From: Nemertoderma westbladi
Lineage: Eukaryota > Animalia > Xenacoelomorpha
Direction: 5' to 3'
NCBI GenBank assembly: GCA_032718475.1
Contig: JAUCBJ010005742.1
Location: 1 to 34,920, forward strand
Length of the DNA stretch: 34,920 bases
Made by a program: the position numbers and the translations under genes. Within the stretch, counting starts at the first letter, position 1. Every line of letters starts with the position of its first letter. Below the pieces are notes generated by a model. It was not told the origin of the DNA. It did not search any database and saw only the letters and a list, made by a program, of their open reading frames with translations. Below are positions 33,501-34,920 of this stretch, piece by piece.

Positions 33501-34920
33501 GTTTGTAGGTGGAGGAATGTAACCGTTGTAGTGAAATAATCGAATTTTAAAGAATAAAAAATAATTTCATTTGTACTTATAATTCTACTTGTGATACCCT
33601 TGTCTTTCTTGGCCCTTTTTTCTTCAGCAATTCTAGCCCCTGTAATTTTTTCGTTCACTTGCGATCTTTCCTCCCCCCTAAATTCCCCAGGTACCTTACT
33701 TTCTTGTATTATATGTTTTCTGTGTTCCTCTTTTCCCGCCCCATATTTTAATAAGTACGCCTTCATAAAACGTACAGCGCATACCTGGACGTTTGTACAG
33801 GCGCGCATCAACACAAAGAGCCGAGGTATTGTTGGGACAAAGAATTCGTTAGCCATAGCAGCGTACTGATACGACCCAGCAACGAATTCTTTGTCCACAA
33901 CAATATTGTGGTCCTCATCTCTGAAGGCAAACCCGAGATCTAGAAGTGTCTCGAGGAATTTATCACAATACAAATTTTCCTTTGGGATAAATTTGGAAAC
34001 CCCAGATTCCGGATATTTGGTATATCTGCAAATGGGTTTTCCAAATTTATCGGTCCGTTTCATGCATCGCCCCCCCGCGCTTTTACAGCTGTGCGTTTGT
34101 AAAAATTGGAAATGATTTAAAAAGTTATTTTTGTCCCGCAAGTCTCGTACTAGTCCCTCCCCAATAAGTTCATCTAAATCAGTTCCGAAACTCCCATGGA
34201 ATAAACTTTTGGATTGGCAGCAGATTCTAGAAAGTGATACTTCGACATCCTCTGGAAATACTGTTATACCCATATGTACATGGGGTTTGTTCCCTATGGC
34301 CTTCTGGTCTTGGAATTCGAACCTGGACCACAAGTTTTTAACATGTCCGACGGGTTGTTCTTTGCTGAACTGCAGCCAACGCAGTACGTAATGTACGGTG
34401 CGCACCCACGCTCTGAGCAATACAACACCCCGTCGAACAAGTTGAAACTTGTAGTCCTCTGTGTGCCCGTATTTGCGTTTGATGGCATTTGTTATTGGAG
34501 CCACACCGGGTGTCTCACTATCATTACAAGTCAAAGTAATGAAGTAAGTCCAGGCTCCCTCCTTTGTTAGAGCGGCGAGTTCCTTGACTTTTCGACGAGA
34601 ATCAACCTCGTTGAAATTTAGTTTTTGTTCCCTAATACCTAAGTTTAATTTTTTTAAGTTTAAAAATTCCAGACCGCGATGTAGTACAAGGGCTGCAGAG
34701 TTGTTGTTTAATTGGGTATTAAGAAGTATATCAAATACAAAATCAAGATAGGCTAGAATTTTTGGTGTTATATTTCCACCTCGTAAACGTATTTCCAGGT
34801 GGTCTGACAGAGTAGCCAGACCGCGCTTATTTTCGGTTCTGTTTGAGTACAAAACCGAAGGAAGTGCACCCAATACCGCTTGATCTTCGGGCCTGGCAAA
34901 ATAAAAAGCAAGAGGAAAAA
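30566..34920 (-). CDS. Second copy of RepHel (Rep, helicase, GIY-YIG), 5'-truncated by the window; 34873 is an internal Leu codon, not a start
   Basis: Near-identical protein to the C-terminal 1435 aa of the first copy; the frame stays open to the window edge. Confidence 0.93.
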   Translation of the reverse strand, partial: FPLAFYFARPEDQAVLGALPSVLYSNRTENKRGLATLSDHLEIRLRGGNITPKILAYLDFVFDILLNTQLNNNSAALVLHRGLEFLNLKKLNLGIREQKLNFNEVDSRRKVKELAALTKEGAWTYFITLTCNDSETPGVAPITNAIKRKYGHTEDYKFQLVRRGVVLLRAWVRTVHYVLRWLQFSKEQPVGHVKNLWSRFEFQDQKAIGNKPHVHMGITVFPEDVEVSLSRICCQSKSLFHGSFGTDLDELIGEGLVRDLRDKNNFLNHFQFLQTHSCKSAGGRCMKRTDKFGKPICRYTKYPESGVSKFIPKENLYCDKFLETLLDLGFAFRDEDHNIVVDKEFVAGSYQYAAMANEFFVPTIPRLFVLMRACTNVQVCAVRFMKAYLLKYGAGKEEHRKHIIQESKVPGEFRGEERSQVNEKITGARIAEEKRAKKDKGITSRIISTNEIIFYSLKFDYFTTTVTFLHLQTVSPENRSGIVHPYPANKAKYLTESDGTLLPVSRRAHLPPTRQFTNSQILLIRDYISSLYCADLFTSFNLRPPELMPFDTVEIYTKCFIVKTYVKDCNLNVPFNECIWINGLGRRVQLRLSGVTKAVEFLTVQANNRVPLAFDLLTQIFNPIVAGDENCSKLFINNSCTKPVIVVFSNVTPFQTEKFLIHMMLSMGKFETELDLYSTSCLLESFGLCKLVPDWRNITEADIMNLRRRYLMEQLYHYAVSTRQMERMLQAADSVLQSFLGGEGVYFTSLPLAQEALFRREASANVLQIENSARTNMVAGFRDKNIAIPDNLSNASRETPLPWRPDLQQAASQSVQSLNEQRQTLSLCCEAIDKYLVPTTTFVNPIIIVGPPGTGKTHILLLSGAYAMAKGLRVSLTAITSNKARQLGGIHLHQLLSLSGKHGSRQIDAVTLSEDSLLSLAKTPDKMSILQRVDVVLVEEIGLFSGELVSVLDQVLKKVTLTNIPFGGKLIIASGDHQQLPPIHGSLMWLSPQFLMIFKVAKLTCYVRSANDPQLQLLIELIRDHSRTVDDNTRILDIISRNCNFLESWDDVPLDCTRVVGKRAAEREATKTYLQKIQQQPNLISITSKANDEMENHAGVWIPATERISNALDNELRESREILIPIGTVMRITYNGKSGRHTFSQGQLVVVESLPQGEPQRLALRLIPVGRGTIDFNNLNQYPLIFLARHVSPEVQVGHHLQKGRREQWPVQHVAADTVHRILGDFCYKLATQIETGRSMWALWLVEQLLVIVSRVPYANHIYFVGLKHIVLQNIAILLGQKSPILEYVSKLIDKLNVIRHQPTVQPAPLPVPLISNNPVSNIHHIPIDIEIPADDIGFIYIIVSLPYPEIWYVGDTVNMRRCLNDLRLGNIQGRLTQNPNLQPWQPYAVITGFPGGGNDDENKNSRQLVLNAIYYAAQIEMSPHQLVQLVRGVVGGFNMGLRIIQIVKT

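Larger units (their letters stand above)
25475..34920 (-). mobile_element. Second (partial) tandem copy of the element, cut off by the window end
   Basis: Collinear homology to 1-9780 with indels, different array copy numbers and mostly synonymous changes in the ORF. Confidence 0.85.

Overview
AT-rich, intron-containing animal genomic DNA (probably a marine invertebrate; weak inference). The window is about 1.4 periods of a ~25 kb head-to-tail tandem repeat: position 1 matches ~25475, and the two large ORFs are offset by 25,144 bp. Each unit is a giant, divergent Helitron/Helentron-like rolling-circle element. It carries (i) a minus-strand RepHel polyprotein (Ser/Thr/Pro-rich exon, OTU protease, Gly repeat, Cys/His clusters, acidic linker, HUH Rep, PIF1-type helicase, C-terminal SLX1-like GIY-YIG); (ii) a divergently oriented two-exon 407-aa gene with a Cys cluster and RGG tail that the ORF track splits in two; (iii) an intergenic RFX X-box/CCAAT cluster; (iv) two unrelated ~130-bp tandem arrays just downstream of RepHel whose units each fold into a long hairpin; and (v) a CpG-rich 1.2-kb module duplicated at 1,750 bp spacing, a small DINE/HINE-like insertion and tRNA-derived SINE fragments. 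The two RepHel copies differ largely at synonymous sites. I could not fix the element's true termini. All domain calls come from motif reading by eye, not database searches.
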